Below are positions 28,722-38,414 of a stretch of 55,737 nt of DNA, piece by piece. A model generated the notes under the pieces. The model saw nothing but the letters and a program-made list of their open reading frames with translations, was not told the origin of the DNA and searched no databases. Source of the DNA: Candidatus Omnitrophota bacterium. GTDB taxonomy: Bacteria > Omnitrophota > Gorgyraeia > JAFGIU01. The position numbers were made by a program, and so were the translations under genes. Where the stretch lies: the NCBI GenBank assembly GCA_016929445.1, contig JAFGIU010000063.1, forward strand, positions 1 through 55,737, given 5' to 3'. Numbering within the stretch: the stretch's first letter is position 1; every line of letters starts with the position of its first letter.

Positions 28722-29481
28722 ATCTAAAGGCAATTTCAAGGCCGCGGAGAGTCAGGTGGGGATCCACTTGATCCAAGCAACGGGTGTAGCGCCGCATCAG
28801 CGATGCCCGCCCCCCTGTACCCAATACCGGAGTCTTCTTTCCCAGAGATAAACGGATCTCTGCAACCGCCCCGTCACACACATAGCCCAATCCCCGGATT
28901 GCCCCGCTGAGCAGGCTGGCCTCTGTGGAATGACCCAAGACCCCGGCCGGGGCTTTGACCTTCACTGCAGGCAGGAGAGCCGTGTACTTGTACAGAGAAT
29001 CCAGACTAAGTTCGATCCCAGGCACGATCAATCCCCCGTCGTACACTCCCTGTGCATTGACCACATCAATGGTGAGGGCTGTGCCAAAATCCAGGACAAT
29101 GACCGGCGCTCCCAGTTTCGCGACTGCTGCCAAAGCGGCTGCCAAGCGATCCGGGCCCACCGAGGAACTCGGCCGGTAGTTGACCTTCAGGGGCACTGTC
29201 AGGTTGCGTCCCAGCTCCAATGGTCCGGATCCGCACCATGCCTTGATCGCCTTGCGCAGGCCCGCGCTCACACGAGGCACCACACTGGCCAAAACCACTG
29301 CATCCGGCCCGGCATCCTTTGGTCCGAGTTGCTTCCAGATGCGCCTCACATCAGCCACAGACACGCTCCGCAGCCCTTCAGTGGGCACATGGGCCGTTGA
29401 CATCAAACGCCTTCCCACAAAGCAAGCGCAGCTTGCACGCGTGTTTCCGATGTCAATGGCCAAAATTTGACAAGCCTTCAT
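28702..29481 (-). CDS. coaX: Type III pantothenate kinase
   Basis: LAIDIGNTRAS..., ...VIVLDFGTALTIDVV..., GG...PG. ATG overlaps the birA stop (ATGA). Confidence 0.9.
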   Translation of the reverse strand: MKACQILAIDIGNTRASCACFVGRRLMSTAHVPTEGLRSVSVADVRRIWKQLGPKDAGPDAVVLASVVPRVSAGLRKAIKAWCGSGPLELGRNLTVPLKVNYRPSSSVGPDRLAAALAAVAKLGAPVIVLDFGTALTIDVVNAQGVYDGGLIVPGIELSLDSLYKYTALLPAVKVKAPAGVLGHSTEASLLSGAIRGLGYVCDGAVAEIRLSLGKKTPVLGTGGRASLMRRYTRCLDQVDPHLTLRGLEIAFRSRDRSL

Positions 29482-30206
29482 CGCAATCTCTCCACCTCAG
29501 CGGCAGTCAGACTCTCTTCTTTGCCGTCTTCCGTACGAACCCGCAGTGCGCCGTTGGCTTCCAAATCCACGGCCTGTGCCGTGAATTCGCGTCCCGAACA
29601 CTGCACCCGCACCTGCCGGCCCAGGAGCACGGATCTTTCGCGTGCTTCCATGAGAAGCACTTCAAAACGACCCTCGCTCAACACAGTGTGGCAAAGTCCA
29701 AGCTCCTCCAAAAGCCGCTCCAGCAAGGCCTCAGGCTCCAATTCCGAACCTCTGAGCTCAGCCAGAGTAGAGGCCTGGGGATCCAGGTCTGAACCGCTGC
29801 CGCTCAAATTAATTCCCAAGCCCAGGATCAGAGGGCCCTCGCTATAGGTCTCTGCCAGAATACCGCAAACCTTCTTGCCCGTGACAAGCACATCATTGGG
29901 CCAGCGAATGCCGGCCCGCAGACCGGTCATGCCCTCCAGAGCCCGGCTCACAGCCACTGCCGCGGCAATGGACCACTGTATCCCCCTCTCGGCTCCATCT
30001 TGGCCGAGCACCACCGAAAGATACAGCCCCTTGCCTGCCGGAGAAATCCAAGGGCGCCCGTGGCGGCCTCGGCCCGCAGTCTGGGAGTCAGCCACCACAA
30101 CCGCACCCACGGCGGCCCCTTCAGCAGCCCAGGAGCGAGCTGCGTCTTGGGTGGAGCCGACCTCTTTGAGGTGTCTTACGGTGTTACCGATTGTGGGTGT
30201 GCTCAT
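29478..30206 (-). CDS. birA: Biotin--[acetyl-CoA-carboxylase] ligase (group I, no HTH)
   Basis: GRGRHGRPWISPAGKGLYLSVVL and KWPNDV-like IRWPNDVLV. The start is uncertain: ATG at 30206 is preferred, with 30266 and 30281 as alternatives. Confidence 0.85.
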   Translation of the reverse strand: MSTPTIGNTVRHLKEVGSTQDAARSWAAEGAAVGAVVVADSQTAGRGRHGRPWISPAGKGLYLSVVLGQDGAERGIQWSIAAAVAVSRALEGMTGLRAGIRWPNDVLVTGKKVCGILAETYSEGPLILGLGINLSGSGSDLDPQASTLAELRGSELEPEALLERLLEELGLCHTVLSEGRFEVLLMEARERSVLLGRQVRVQCSGREFTAQAVDLEANGALRVRTEDGKEESLTAAEVERLR

Positions 30207-30330
30207 GGTCCCATTCTCTTTGATGTTCCGGCTGACCGGAGCGTCCAGCCCCACTTCTGATGTCATTCCCCCCTTCGACAAGCTCAGGGTAAACTCCGGC
30301 GGGAATTTTCTTGCCTTCAGTCATCCAACT

Positions 30331-30356
30331 AGATCCCCGCTTTCGCGGGGATGACA
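30331..30356 (-). repeat. Palindromic repeat family 2, copy 1
   Basis: AGATCCCCGC-TTTC-GCGGGGATGACA. It lies 11 nt downstream of the uvrB stop. Confidence 0.7.
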
Positions 30357-30367
30357 GTGTTGAGGCT

Positions 30368-32416
30368 TCAACCAAACTTCCGCTTGTTCTTGTGGGTCTT
30401 GCGGCTCTTGTGCATAAAACGGCCTTGCTGGAGCGCGGCTTTGGATTGGTCGCTCTCCCCGCGCAGTATTTTGATTTGATCGCGTATGAGGGCAGCTCGC
30501 TCAAAATGCAAGTTTCTGGCCGCGCGTTCCATCTCGGCCTGCAAATCCGCAATCACCGTCTCATTGATAAATTCCGCTTCGGATTGGCCCGTGACTTGCA
30601 GCTCTATGTCCTCGGCCTCCTTGTGGGTTTCGATCCCATCCCGGATTGCCTTTTGAATACTCCGCGGCGTAATATTGTGTTCTTTATTGTAAGCCTCCTG
30701 GATCTTGCGGCGGCGATTGCATTCCTCCAGGGCCCGCTGCATTGAACCCGTCTCCCGATCCGCGTAAAGCACAACCTCTCCGTTAATGTTACGCGCAGCG
30801 CGGCCCGATACCTGAATCAGAGAGGTCTGCGAACGCAAGAAACCTTCTTTGTCTGCGTCTAAAACAGCAACCAAACTCACCTCCGGCAAATCCAAACCTT
30901 CACGCAACAGGTTCACACCCACCAGGCAATCGAATTTGCGCAGGCGCAAGTCCCGGAGAATCTCCACGCGTTCAAGCGCGCCGATATCACTGTGCAGGTA
31001 CTTGACGCGCAAGTCCATTTTTTGCAGATAGCCGCTCAGATCCTCGGCCATGCGTTTGGTAAGGGTTGTCACCAACACACGCTCATGGCGCTTGGCGCGC
31101 TCCCGGACGCGCTCAACCAAATCATCCACCTGTCCCTCAGTCGGCCGCACTTCAATGGGCGGGTCCACCAGGCCTGTGGGCCGCACAATCTGTTCCACCA
31201 CCCGTCCCTTAGCCAGGGTGAGTTCGTACTTGGCCGGCGTAGCCGACATGAATACCTGCTGTCCGATAGTCTGGTTGAATTCCTCAAAACGCAAAGGCCT
31301 GTTATCCAAACAAGACGGCAAACGGAATCCGTATTCCACCAACGTGCTCTTCCGAACGCGATCTCCCTCATACATGCCGATTACCTGCGGGATCGTCACA
31401 TGGGACTCATCGAAGAAGGTGAGAAAAGAGGGCGGAAAATAGTCCAGCAGGCAATCCGGCCGCGAACCCGGCTCCCGGCCGCTCAAATGCCGCGAATAGT
31501 TTTCCACCCCGTGGCAAAAACCGAGTTCCTCAAGCATCTCCAAGTCGTAAAGCGTCCGTGACTCCAAACGCTGTGCCTCAACCAGTTTGCCGGCAGCATT
31601 GAGTTCCCTAACGCGCTCAATCATTTCCTGCTTGATGGCTTTCAGCGCCGGCCCCATGGAATCTTTTTCCATGACAAAATGCTTGGCCGGATAAATCGCC
31701 ACCTTTTCGCGCCGTTCCAGGATATTACCGCTCACCGGATGAATTTCGGCAATGCGTTCGATCTCATCATCCCACCACTCGATTCTAAAAGCCTTCTCCG
31801 AATAGGCCGGCAGAATCTCCAATACATCTCCCCTGACCCTGAAGCTGCCGCGAGTCAAATCATATTGCGTCCGATCGTATTGAATGGCCACGAGCTTTTC
31901 CATCACCTCTTCGCGGTTGGCAATCTGACCCTTTTCCAAAAACAGCAGCATAGACCGGTAGTTCTTAGGCGAACCCAGGTTATAAATACAGGAAACACTG
32001 GCCACAATAATGACATCCTCGCGCGACATCAAAGAGGTCGTCGCGGAAAGGCGCAAGCGGTCCAATTCATCGTTGACCGAAGAATCCTTTTCGATATACA
32101 GATCCGTATGGGGGATGTAGGCTTCGGGCTGATAGTAATCGTAGTAGCTCACAAAGTACTCCACTGCGTTATGCGGAAAGAACTCCTTGAGCTCACTATA
32201 GAGTTGGGCGGTGAGAGTCTTATTATGGGACATGACCAGGGTAGGCCGGTTTAACTGCGCAATAACGTGGGCCATGGTAAAAGTCTTACCGCTGCCCGTC
32301 ACCCCCATGAGGACCTGGGCCCTTTCGTTATTGCGGATTCCTTTGACCAAGGATTCAATGGCCTGTGGCTGGTCGCCGGCAGGAGGAAAAGGGCTTTCAA
32401 TCTGGAACAGGCTCAC
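30368..32416 (-). CDS. uvrB: Excinuclease ABC subunit B
   Basis: GVTGSGKTFTMA, DESH, helicase motifs, and a UVR domain near the C-terminus. The GTG start overlaps the nadC stop (GTGA). Confidence 0.96.
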   Translation of the reverse strand: MSLFQIESPFPPAGDQPQAIESLVKGIRNNERAQVLMGVTGSGKTFTMAHVIAQLNRPTLVMSHNKTLTAQLYSELKEFFPHNAVEYFVSYYDYYQPEAYIPHTDLYIEKDSSVNDELDRLRLSATTSLMSREDVIIVASVSCIYNLGSPKNYRSMLLFLEKGQIANREEVMEKLVAIQYDRTQYDLTRGSFRVRGDVLEILPAYSEKAFRIEWWDDEIERIAEIHPVSGNILERREKVAIYPAKHFVMEKDSMGPALKAIKQEMIERVRELNAAGKLVEAQRLESRTLYDLEMLEELGFCHGVENYSRHLSGREPGSRPDCLLDYFPPSFLTFFDESHVTIPQVIGMYEGDRVRKSTLVEYGFRLPSCLDNRPLRFEEFNQTIGQQVFMSATPAKYELTLAKGRVVEQIVRPTGLVDPPIEVRPTEGQVDDLVERVRERAKRHERVLVTTLTKRMAEDLSGYLQKMDLRVKYLHSDIGALERVEILRDLRLRKFDCLVGVNLLREGLDLPEVSLVAVLDADKEGFLRSQTSLIQVSGRAARNINGEVVLYADRETGSMQRALEECNRRRKIQEAYNKEHNITPRSIQKAIRDGIETHKEAEDIELQVTGQSEAEFINETVIADLQAEMERAARNLHFERAALIRDQIKILRGESDQSKAALQQGRFMHKSRKTHKNKRKFG

Positions 32417-33345
32417 GAATGCCGTCCGCCTTCAGGAAAGATGAGTTGGGCACGCAGAGAAAAATTCAGGCCGCGTACCGAATGGGTGAGGGCCCCCACG
32501 GAAATCCGGTCTACCCCGGTCTCGGCATACCGGCCCACATTGGCCAAGTTAATGCCTCCTGAGATCTCGAGCCTCGGAGGATGGGCCAAGGTACGGGAAA
32601 TACGCACTGCTTCGGCACACTCGGCCGGCCCCATATTGTCCAAAAGTACCACATCCGGCTTCATATGAAGTGCCTCTTCGAATTCGTGCAGATTGGCGAC
32701 CTCCACCATAACCCTGGTTCCTTCAGCGTCTGGTGTGCGCCCTTGGACTCTCTGCATGGCCTCACGTAAAGCTTTACGATGGCTCTGAGTCTCTTCATCC
32801 CAACCGGACATCAAACGCAGGTGATTGGTCTTGATAAGAATCTCATCCGCCAAATCGAAGCGATGGTTCATTCCCCCGCCCACACCCACGGCATAGCGCT
32901 GGAACAGACGCAGACCGGGCAATGTCTTGCGCGTATCCAAAATCTTAGCAGGATGGGGTTTCACCTTTTCTACATAACGCTGTGTTTCTGTGGCAATTCC
33001 CGAGAGATGAGACAACAGATTGAGAGCCACGCGTTCACCGGCAAACACAACCCAGGCCGTGCCCGTGACGTCAGCCACCACCTGGCCCTTTTCAATCCTA
33101 TCTCCATCCTTAGCCAACAAACGAACCTTGGCCTTGGTGGAAATTTCTTCAAAGACCCACTTGGCAATACGAATCCCGCAGAGTATTCCTTCTTCCTTAG
33201 CCGTTATCTGGCCCAAGGTCCGGATGCGCGGAGACAAGACCGCCCTGGACGTACAGTCCTTACGGGCAGAATCCTCCCGCAGGGCTTCCAGGATAATTCG
33301 ACGCGCGTCCGCGCGCTTAGGATGGGCAAGTCTCGTGATTTCCAT
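32413..33345 (-). CDS. nadC: Nicotinate-nucleotide diphosphorylase (carboxylating)
   Basis: ALREDSARKDCTS, ...ILDTRKTLPGLR..., ...VMVEVANLHEFEEAL...DVVLLDNM..., ...LEISGGINL. Start at ATG 33345. The ORF-track GTG at 33390 would translate the family-2 repeat. Confidence 0.88.
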   Translation of the reverse strand: MEITRLAHPKRADARRIILEALREDSARKDCTSRAVLSPRIRTLGQITAKEEGILCGIRIAKWVFEEISTKAKVRLLAKDGDRIEKGQVVADVTGTAWVVFAGERVALNLLSHLSGIATETQRYVEKVKPHPAKILDTRKTLPGLRLFQRYAVGVGGGMNHRFDLADEILIKTNHLRLMSGWDEETQSHRKALREAMQRVQGRTPDAEGTRVMVEVANLHEFEEALHMKPDVVLLDNMGPAECAEAVRISRTLAHPPRLEISGGINLANVGRYAETGVDRISVGALTHSVRGLNFSLRAQLIFPEGGRHS

Positions 33346-33359
33346 AAGTTGACCAAAGT

Positions 33360-33385
33360 AGATCCCCGCCTGCGCGGGGATGACA
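33360..33385 (-). repeat. Palindromic repeat family 2, copy 2
   Basis: AGATCCCCGC-CTGC-GCGGGGATGACA. It lies 4 nt downstream of the rluB stop, in the same orientation as copy 1. Confidence 0.7.
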
Positions 33386-33389
33386 ACCA

Positions 33390-34244
33390 CTACAATTTTA
33401 CCGCCTTCTTGAGCTGTGTCACCTCTTGCGTTGAGAGACGCCGCGATTCCCCGGGTTTGAGACGTCCGAGAGTCAAGCCTGCGAGCTCTACGCGCTTGAG
33501 TCGCTGTACCTCATAGCCCAAACCTTCGAACATCCGCCGGATCTGCCGGTTCCGGCCCTCGTGAAGCACGACTTCGATACAGGTCACGCCTTCCTCCATA
33601 CTCAAGCGCTCCAGACGCGCCGGCGCAGTCTTGCGCTCCCGCCTCTCCAGCTGAACACCCTTTTCCAGCCTGCGCAAATCCTCCAGGCGCACCTTGCCCC
33701 GCACCCAAACCCGGTATTTCTTGTGGACCTCAAAGCTCGGATGAGCCAGGCGAAAGGCAATCTCTCCGTCATTGGTCAAAAGCAACAGCCCTGTGGTGTC
33801 CCGGTCCAAACGCCCAACCGGATAGACACGGGGCGTGTCCGGCGGCAAAAGGGACATAATTGTACGTCGCGAACGCTCATCCGAAACAGTCGAAATCACA
33901 CCCTTGGGTTTGTACAGCAAAAGACAGATGAATTCCTCCGGACTCTTTCGCAGAGGCTTGCCGTCAAACTCAACCCGGTCCTTGGCCGGATCCACCTTGA
34001 CTCCCAGTTCGCGCACCGTGCTCCCATTGACCTTGACGCGCCCCTGGGTAATAAGGGTCTCCGCCTTTCTGCGGGAAGCCACGCCCGCATGGGCCAAGGC
34101 CACCTGAAGGCGAACCGGCTCTGAGGCCTTACTGGAAGGAGAGGATGCGCTCTTCGGCCTTCTGGAGCTCTTCGGCTTTGGCGTCCCGGTTGCGTTGCTG
34201 GACCGCGACAACCTCGGGCGGTGCCTTTTGGACAAAGTCATCAT
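33390..34244 (-). CDS. rluB: RluB/RsuA-family rRNA pseudouridine synthase
   Basis: S4 domain RLQVALAHAGVASRRKAETLI..GRVKVNG and catalytic GRLDRDTTGLLLLTNDG. The N-terminal 44 residues are S/K/P/R-rich and encoded inside the valS 3' end, so the start is uncertain. Confidence 0.85.
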   Translation of the reverse strand: MMTLSKRHRPRLSRSSNATGTPKPKSSRRPKSASSPSSKASEPVRLQVALAHAGVASRRKAETLITQGRVKVNGSTVRELGVKVDPAKDRVEFDGKPLRKSPEEFICLLLYKPKGVISTVSDERSRRTIMSLLPPDTPRVYPVGRLDRDTTGLLLLTNDGEIAFRLAHPSFEVHKKYRVWVRGKVRLEDLRRLEKGVQLERRERKTAPARLERLSMEEGVTCIEVVLHEGRNRQIRRMFEGLGYEVQRLKRVELAGLTLGRLKPGESRRLSTQEVTQLKKAVKL

Positions 34245-36798
34245 TCTGAAGTTTCACCTCGTAGGATTGCAGCTCATTGCGCAAAGTGTCTACCCGTTGC
34301 TGCAATCGCTTGCGCTCGCTATCAATGTCTAGTCCCGTCCATGTGGCCAGCAGCTCAATCTGACCGCCATCCAAAGCCCCATACACATAGCCGTGGGGCA
34401 AATTCTCATCCTCACCCAACCAGCTCCATGTGCCGACCTTTGCCAGACGGCAAATAATATCCATATGCGACTCCAGCGTGGATCGCGCGTCCTGGCAGCG
34501 GCTGCGCAACAAGGTCTCAACCTCGGTTTTCGGGGGCACCTTGAACTCGGCCCGCAAGTTCCGGATCTGGGCAATCACGGCCTGCACCGAAGCCACCTCG
34601 GACTCCACACCCGTATCCCTTAATTGAGGATCGGTCTCAGGCCAACGCGCCTCCATAACGGACTCGAATTCCGGACTGCACCCGAGACGCTCGTGCAACT
34701 GATGCCAAATCTCTTCGGCCAAAAAAGGCATGACCGGCTGCAACAAGATAGCAAAGGAGCGCAGCACATGGACCGCAGTATTGAGGTGGTCCCGGCGCTT
34801 TTTCGAGTCCGCGTCCGCATCCGTCAGAACGGGCTTGATCCACTCCAAATACCAATCACAGAAATCTCCCCAGAAAAATTCATACAAAGCCCCCGCTGTA
34901 TCGTTGAAGCGGTAACGGCCCATATTGTCCTCGAGCTTCTCTCCCAGACTCTGTAACCTGGAAAGAATCCACCGGTCCGCAAGGTTCTCGCGGCCCGGCG
35001 CGCCGGGGTCCGCACCTTGCTCCGGAAGATTCATCAGCACAAATCGCGAGGCATTCCATATCTTGTTGGCAAAATTCCGGCCAATCAAGAAACTGTCCTC
35101 AGACAAAAACAGATCCTGCCCCTGTGCCTGCATGGATACCAAACTGAAACGCAAGGCATCTGCGCCGACGTGCTCGATTACATCCAAAGGATCAATGATA
35201 TTGCCCAAAGACTTGGACATCTTCTTGCCCGTGGTATCGCGGATAGTGCCGTGCAAATACACATCGCTAAACGGGATGTCCCCCATGAACTCACAGCCGG
35301 ACATCACCATGCGGGCCACCCAGAAAAAAATGATCTCCGGGGCCGTGACCAGGCAATTCGTGGGATAAAATTTCTCCAAATCCCCGGTTTTCTCAGGCCA
35401 GCCCAGGGTGGAAAAAGGCCAAAGCCAGGAAGAGAACCAAGTGTCCAAGACATCCTCATCCTGCTGGTAGGTCCTGCCCTGCTTATCCGTCTCGGGCTGC
35501 ACAGGAGAGACCACCAGGTTCTCCTCGTCAAGAGTTCCGTCCGCATTGACCGGATACCATACGGGAATGCGGTGTCCCCACCAAATCTGGCGGCTGATAC
35601 ACCAATCCCGAATGTTTTCCATCCAATCCGTATAGACCCGGGTCCAGCGCGCGGGATAAAAACGCAGGCGCTCATCCTTACAGGCTTGTAAGGCGGGCAC
35701 AGCCAAGGGTTTCATCTTCACAAACCACTGCGGCGAAAGATAGGGTTCCACCACCGTGTCACAGCGGTAGCAATGGCCGACTGCGTGATCATAATCCTCA
35801 GTCTTATCCAGAAGTCCCTGCTCTTCGAGTCGCTGAACCACAAGTTCACGCGCTTTGAAGCGGTCCAGACCGTCAAACTCCGAACCGGGTAAATCAATCC
35901 GCCCGTCCGGATGCAAAATACAGACCGGGTCTATTCCATGGCGCTTCCCGGCCTCAAAGTCATTCGGGTCATGCGCAGGAGTGATCTTCACAGCCCCTGT
36001 TCCGAACTCCCGGTCCACCATCTCATCCGCTAAGACGGGAATCTCCTTGTTAATCAGAGGCAAAGTCACCTTCTTGCCGATCAGCTTCTTGAAGCGCGAA
36101 TCTTCGGGATGAACTGCCACAGCCACGTCACCGAGCATGGTCTCAGGCCGCGTTGTGGCCACCACGATATGCCCTCCGTCATAGGGATAACGAATATACC
36201 AAAGATGGCTCTTCTGATCCTTGTGCGGAGCCTCTTCATCAGCCAAAGCCGTATGGCAGCGCGGGCACCAATTGACGATATAGTGACCGCGATAGACCAG
36301 GCCCTTCTCGTAAAGCCGGACAAAGACCTCTTGCACGGCTTTGGAGAGGCCTTCATCCATGGTAAAGCGCAAGCGGCTCCAATCACAGGAAGAGCCCAGT
36401 TTCCGGAGCTGTCTGATGATCGTCGAACCGTATTCTTCTTTCCACTTCCAAACCTCTTCCACAAATGCCTTGCGGCCTAAGTCCTGCCGGCGCTGTTTTT
36501 TTTCGCGCCAAAGTTTCTTTTCCACCACATTCTGGGTGGCGATCCCCGCATGATCGGTACCCGGAACCCAAAGAACAGGACGCCCTTTGGCGCGCTGCCA
36601 TCGAATCAGGATATCCTGGATCGTGTTGTTCAGCGCATGCCCCATATGAAGAATGCCCGTGACATTCGGGGGAGGAATGACAATGGTATACGGTTCTTTA
36701 TGCGAATCCACAGGTTGAAAAAGACCGCGATCCTCCCAATAGGAGTACCACTTCTCCTCGCTGGCCTGAGGGTCATAGCGTGTCGCTAATTGAGTCAT
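34129..36798 (-). CDS. valS: Valine--tRNA ligase
   Basis: PPPNVTGILHMGHA (HIGH), KMSKSLGN, and a C-terminal coiled coil. Confidence 0.97.
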   Translation of the reverse strand: MTQLATRYDPQASEEKWYSYWEDRGLFQPVDSHKEPYTIVIPPPNVTGILHMGHALNNTIQDILIRWQRAKGRPVLWVPGTDHAGIATQNVVEKKLWREKKQRRQDLGRKAFVEEVWKWKEEYGSTIIRQLRKLGSSCDWSRLRFTMDEGLSKAVQEVFVRLYEKGLVYRGHYIVNWCPRCHTALADEEAPHKDQKSHLWYIRYPYDGGHIVVATTRPETMLGDVAVAVHPEDSRFKKLIGKKVTLPLINKEIPVLADEMVDREFGTGAVKITPAHDPNDFEAGKRHGIDPVCILHPDGRIDLPGSEFDGLDRFKARELVVQRLEEQGLLDKTEDYDHAVGHCYRCDTVVEPYLSPQWFVKMKPLAVPALQACKDERLRFYPARWTRVYTDWMENIRDWCISRQIWWGHRIPVWYPVNADGTLDEENLVVSPVQPETDKQGRTYQQDEDVLDTWFSSWLWPFSTLGWPEKTGDLEKFYPTNCLVTAPEIIFFWVARMVMSGCEFMGDIPFSDVYLHGTIRDTTGKKMSKSLGNIIDPLDVIEHVGADALRFSLVSMQAQGQDLFLSEDSFLIGRNFANKIWNASRFVLMNLPEQGADPGAPGRENLADRWILSRLQSLGEKLEDNMGRYRFNDTAGALYEFFWGDFCDWYLEWIKPVLTDADADSKKRRDHLNTAVHVLRSFAILLQPVMPFLAEEIWHQLHERLGCSPEFESVMEARWPETDPQLRDTGVESEVASVQAVIAQIRNLRAEFKVPPKTEVETLLRSRCQDARSTLESHMDIICRLAKVGTWSWLGEDENLPHGYVYGALDGGQIELLATWTGLDIDSERKRLQQRVDTLRNELQSYEVKLQNDDFVQKAPPEVVAVQQRNRDAKAEELQKAEERILSFQ

Positions 36799-36800
36799 GA

Positions 36801-38414
36801 TTATTTCTTTCGCCGGATTACTTTTTTGCGGCGCGGGGCAGCCTTGGACCGGCGCGAGTCTTTGAGGAGCTTGTACTCAATTGAATCGATTAAGGCAATC
36901 CAGCTGGCTTCGATAATATTTTCCGAAACCCCGGCCGTGGTCCAACTGTCTTCCTTGTCCTGGCTGACTAAGGACACGCGCACCTTAGCCGCTGTTCCGG
37001 CCTTTTCGTCCAAAACACGCACCTTGAAGTCCGAAAGATGCATTTCGGACAGGGAGGGGTAAAACTTCTCCAGCGCCTTTCTCACAGCGTTGTCCAAAGC
37101 ATTAACCGGGCCGTCCCCTTCCGCCACAGTGTGTTCGGACTCGCCGTCCACATTGACCTTGATGATGGCCTCGGAATAGACTTTGCCCGCGCGCTCCGCC
37201 ACAACAACGCGGAAACCTTCCCTGGCAAAGAACTCCTCAAAGCTCTTCGTCAACCTGCGCATCATAATCTCCAGGGAAGCCTCAGCCTCTTCAAAATGAT
37301 ATCCGTCAAATTCCAGATCCTGGATGGTGCTGAGGATTTTCTTGACCTCCGGCGAGCCTTTGTCCAGTTTAAAGCCCAGCTGCTCGGCCTTCCAGAGGAC
37401 ATTGGAGACACCGGAAAGTTCAGACATCAAGAATCGCCGCGCATTCCCAATCTTGCTTGGATCCACGTGTTCATAGGTCACCGAATTCTTGCGAACGGCA
37501 TTCACATGCACCCCGGCTTTGTGTGCAAATGCACTGGCCCCCACGTACGGTTGGTTTCCCGCCTGCCGCATATTGGCAATCTCCGCGACATAGTGAGAAA
37601 CTGAAGTCAAAGATTCCAGCTGTGCGGCTGTCACGCACTTGTACCCCAGTTTGAGTTGCAGGTTTGCAATAATGGGCACCAAGTCCGCATTACCACAGCG
37701 CTCCCCGTAACCATTGATCGTCCCTTGCACTTGCACACAACCGGCCTCAACTGCCGAAACAGAGTTGGCTACAGCCACTGCTCCATCATTATGCACGTGG
37801 ATTCCTAAAGGCACGGACACATGCTGTCCGACCTCTGCGACAATGCGGGCCAACTCCAGGGTCAAGGTCCCGCCGTTGGTATCACAGAGAGCCAATAGAT
37901 CAGCCCCTCCCTCTTCCGCAGCCCGCAGGGAACGGATCGCGTACTCGGGATTGGCCTTGTAGCCGTCAAAAAAGTGTTCGGCATCATAGATAACTTCGCG
38001 TCCTTTGGACTTAAGCAGATTGACCGAGTCACAGATCATCTTGAGATTTTCATCCAGGTTGATACGAAAAACATCCGTCACATGCAGATCCCAAGACTTG
38101 CCAAAAATCGTAACGACCTCCGTATCAGCCTCCAAGATTGCCTTCAGATTGGGATCCTGACCGGCCTTCAAATTAGCGCGCCGCGTAGCCCCGAAAGCCG
38201 CCACCTTGGCATTCTTCAAGTGGAGCTTCTTGTACTGCTTGAAAAATTCCATGTCCTTGGGGTTGGAACCGGGCCATCCGCCCTCCACATAGTGAATCCC
38301 CAACTGGTCGAGCTTCTCGGCAATAAAGAGCTTGTCCTGGACGGTAAAAGAAATCCCTTCCCCTTGAGAGCCATCCCTAAGGGTTGTATCGTAAAGCTTG
38401 ACTGTCTTTTTCAT
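36801..38414 (-). CDS. cimA: Citramalate synthase (LeuA/CimA family)
   Basis: [17 protein letters not shown]...[11 protein letters not shown] and [13 protein letters not shown]. The length and C-terminal regulatory domain fit the CimA type. There is an extra K/R tail. Confidence 0.8.
   Translation of the reverse strand: MKKTVKLYDTTLRDGSQGEGISFTVQDKLFIAEKLDQLGIHYVEGGWPGSNPKDMEFFKQYKKLHLKNAKVAAFGATRRANLKAGQDPNLKAILEADTEVVTIFGKSWDLHVTDVFRINLDENLKMICDSVNLLKSKGREVIYDAEHFFDGYKANPEYAIRSLRAAEEGGADLLALCDTNGGTLTLELARIVAEVGQHVSVPLGIHVHNDGAVAVANSVSAVEAGCVQVQGTINGYGERCGNADLVPIIANLQLKLGYKCVTAAQLESLTSVSHYVAEIANMRQAGNQPYVGASAFAHKAGVHVNAVRKNSVTYEHVDPSKIGNARRFLMSELSGVSNVLWKAEQLGFKLDKGSPEVKKILSTIQDLEFDGYHFEEAEASLEIMMRRLTKSFEEFFAREGFRVVVAERAGKVYSEAIIKVNVDGESEHTVAEGDGPVNALDNAVRKALEKFYPSLSEMHLSDFKVRVLDEKAGTAAKVRVSLVSQDKEDSWTTAGVSENIIEASWIALIDSIEYKLLKDSRRSKAAPRRKKVIRRKK

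Noticed and set aside
30331-33385. The family-2 hairpin (GATCCCCGC..GCGGGGATGAC) resembles type I-E/I-F CRISPR repeats (GTTCCCCGCGCCAGCGGGGATAAACCG).
   Set aside because: There are only two copies, 3 kb apart, each in a gene-to-gene spacer. There is no regular repeat-spacer array and no cas genes in the window.
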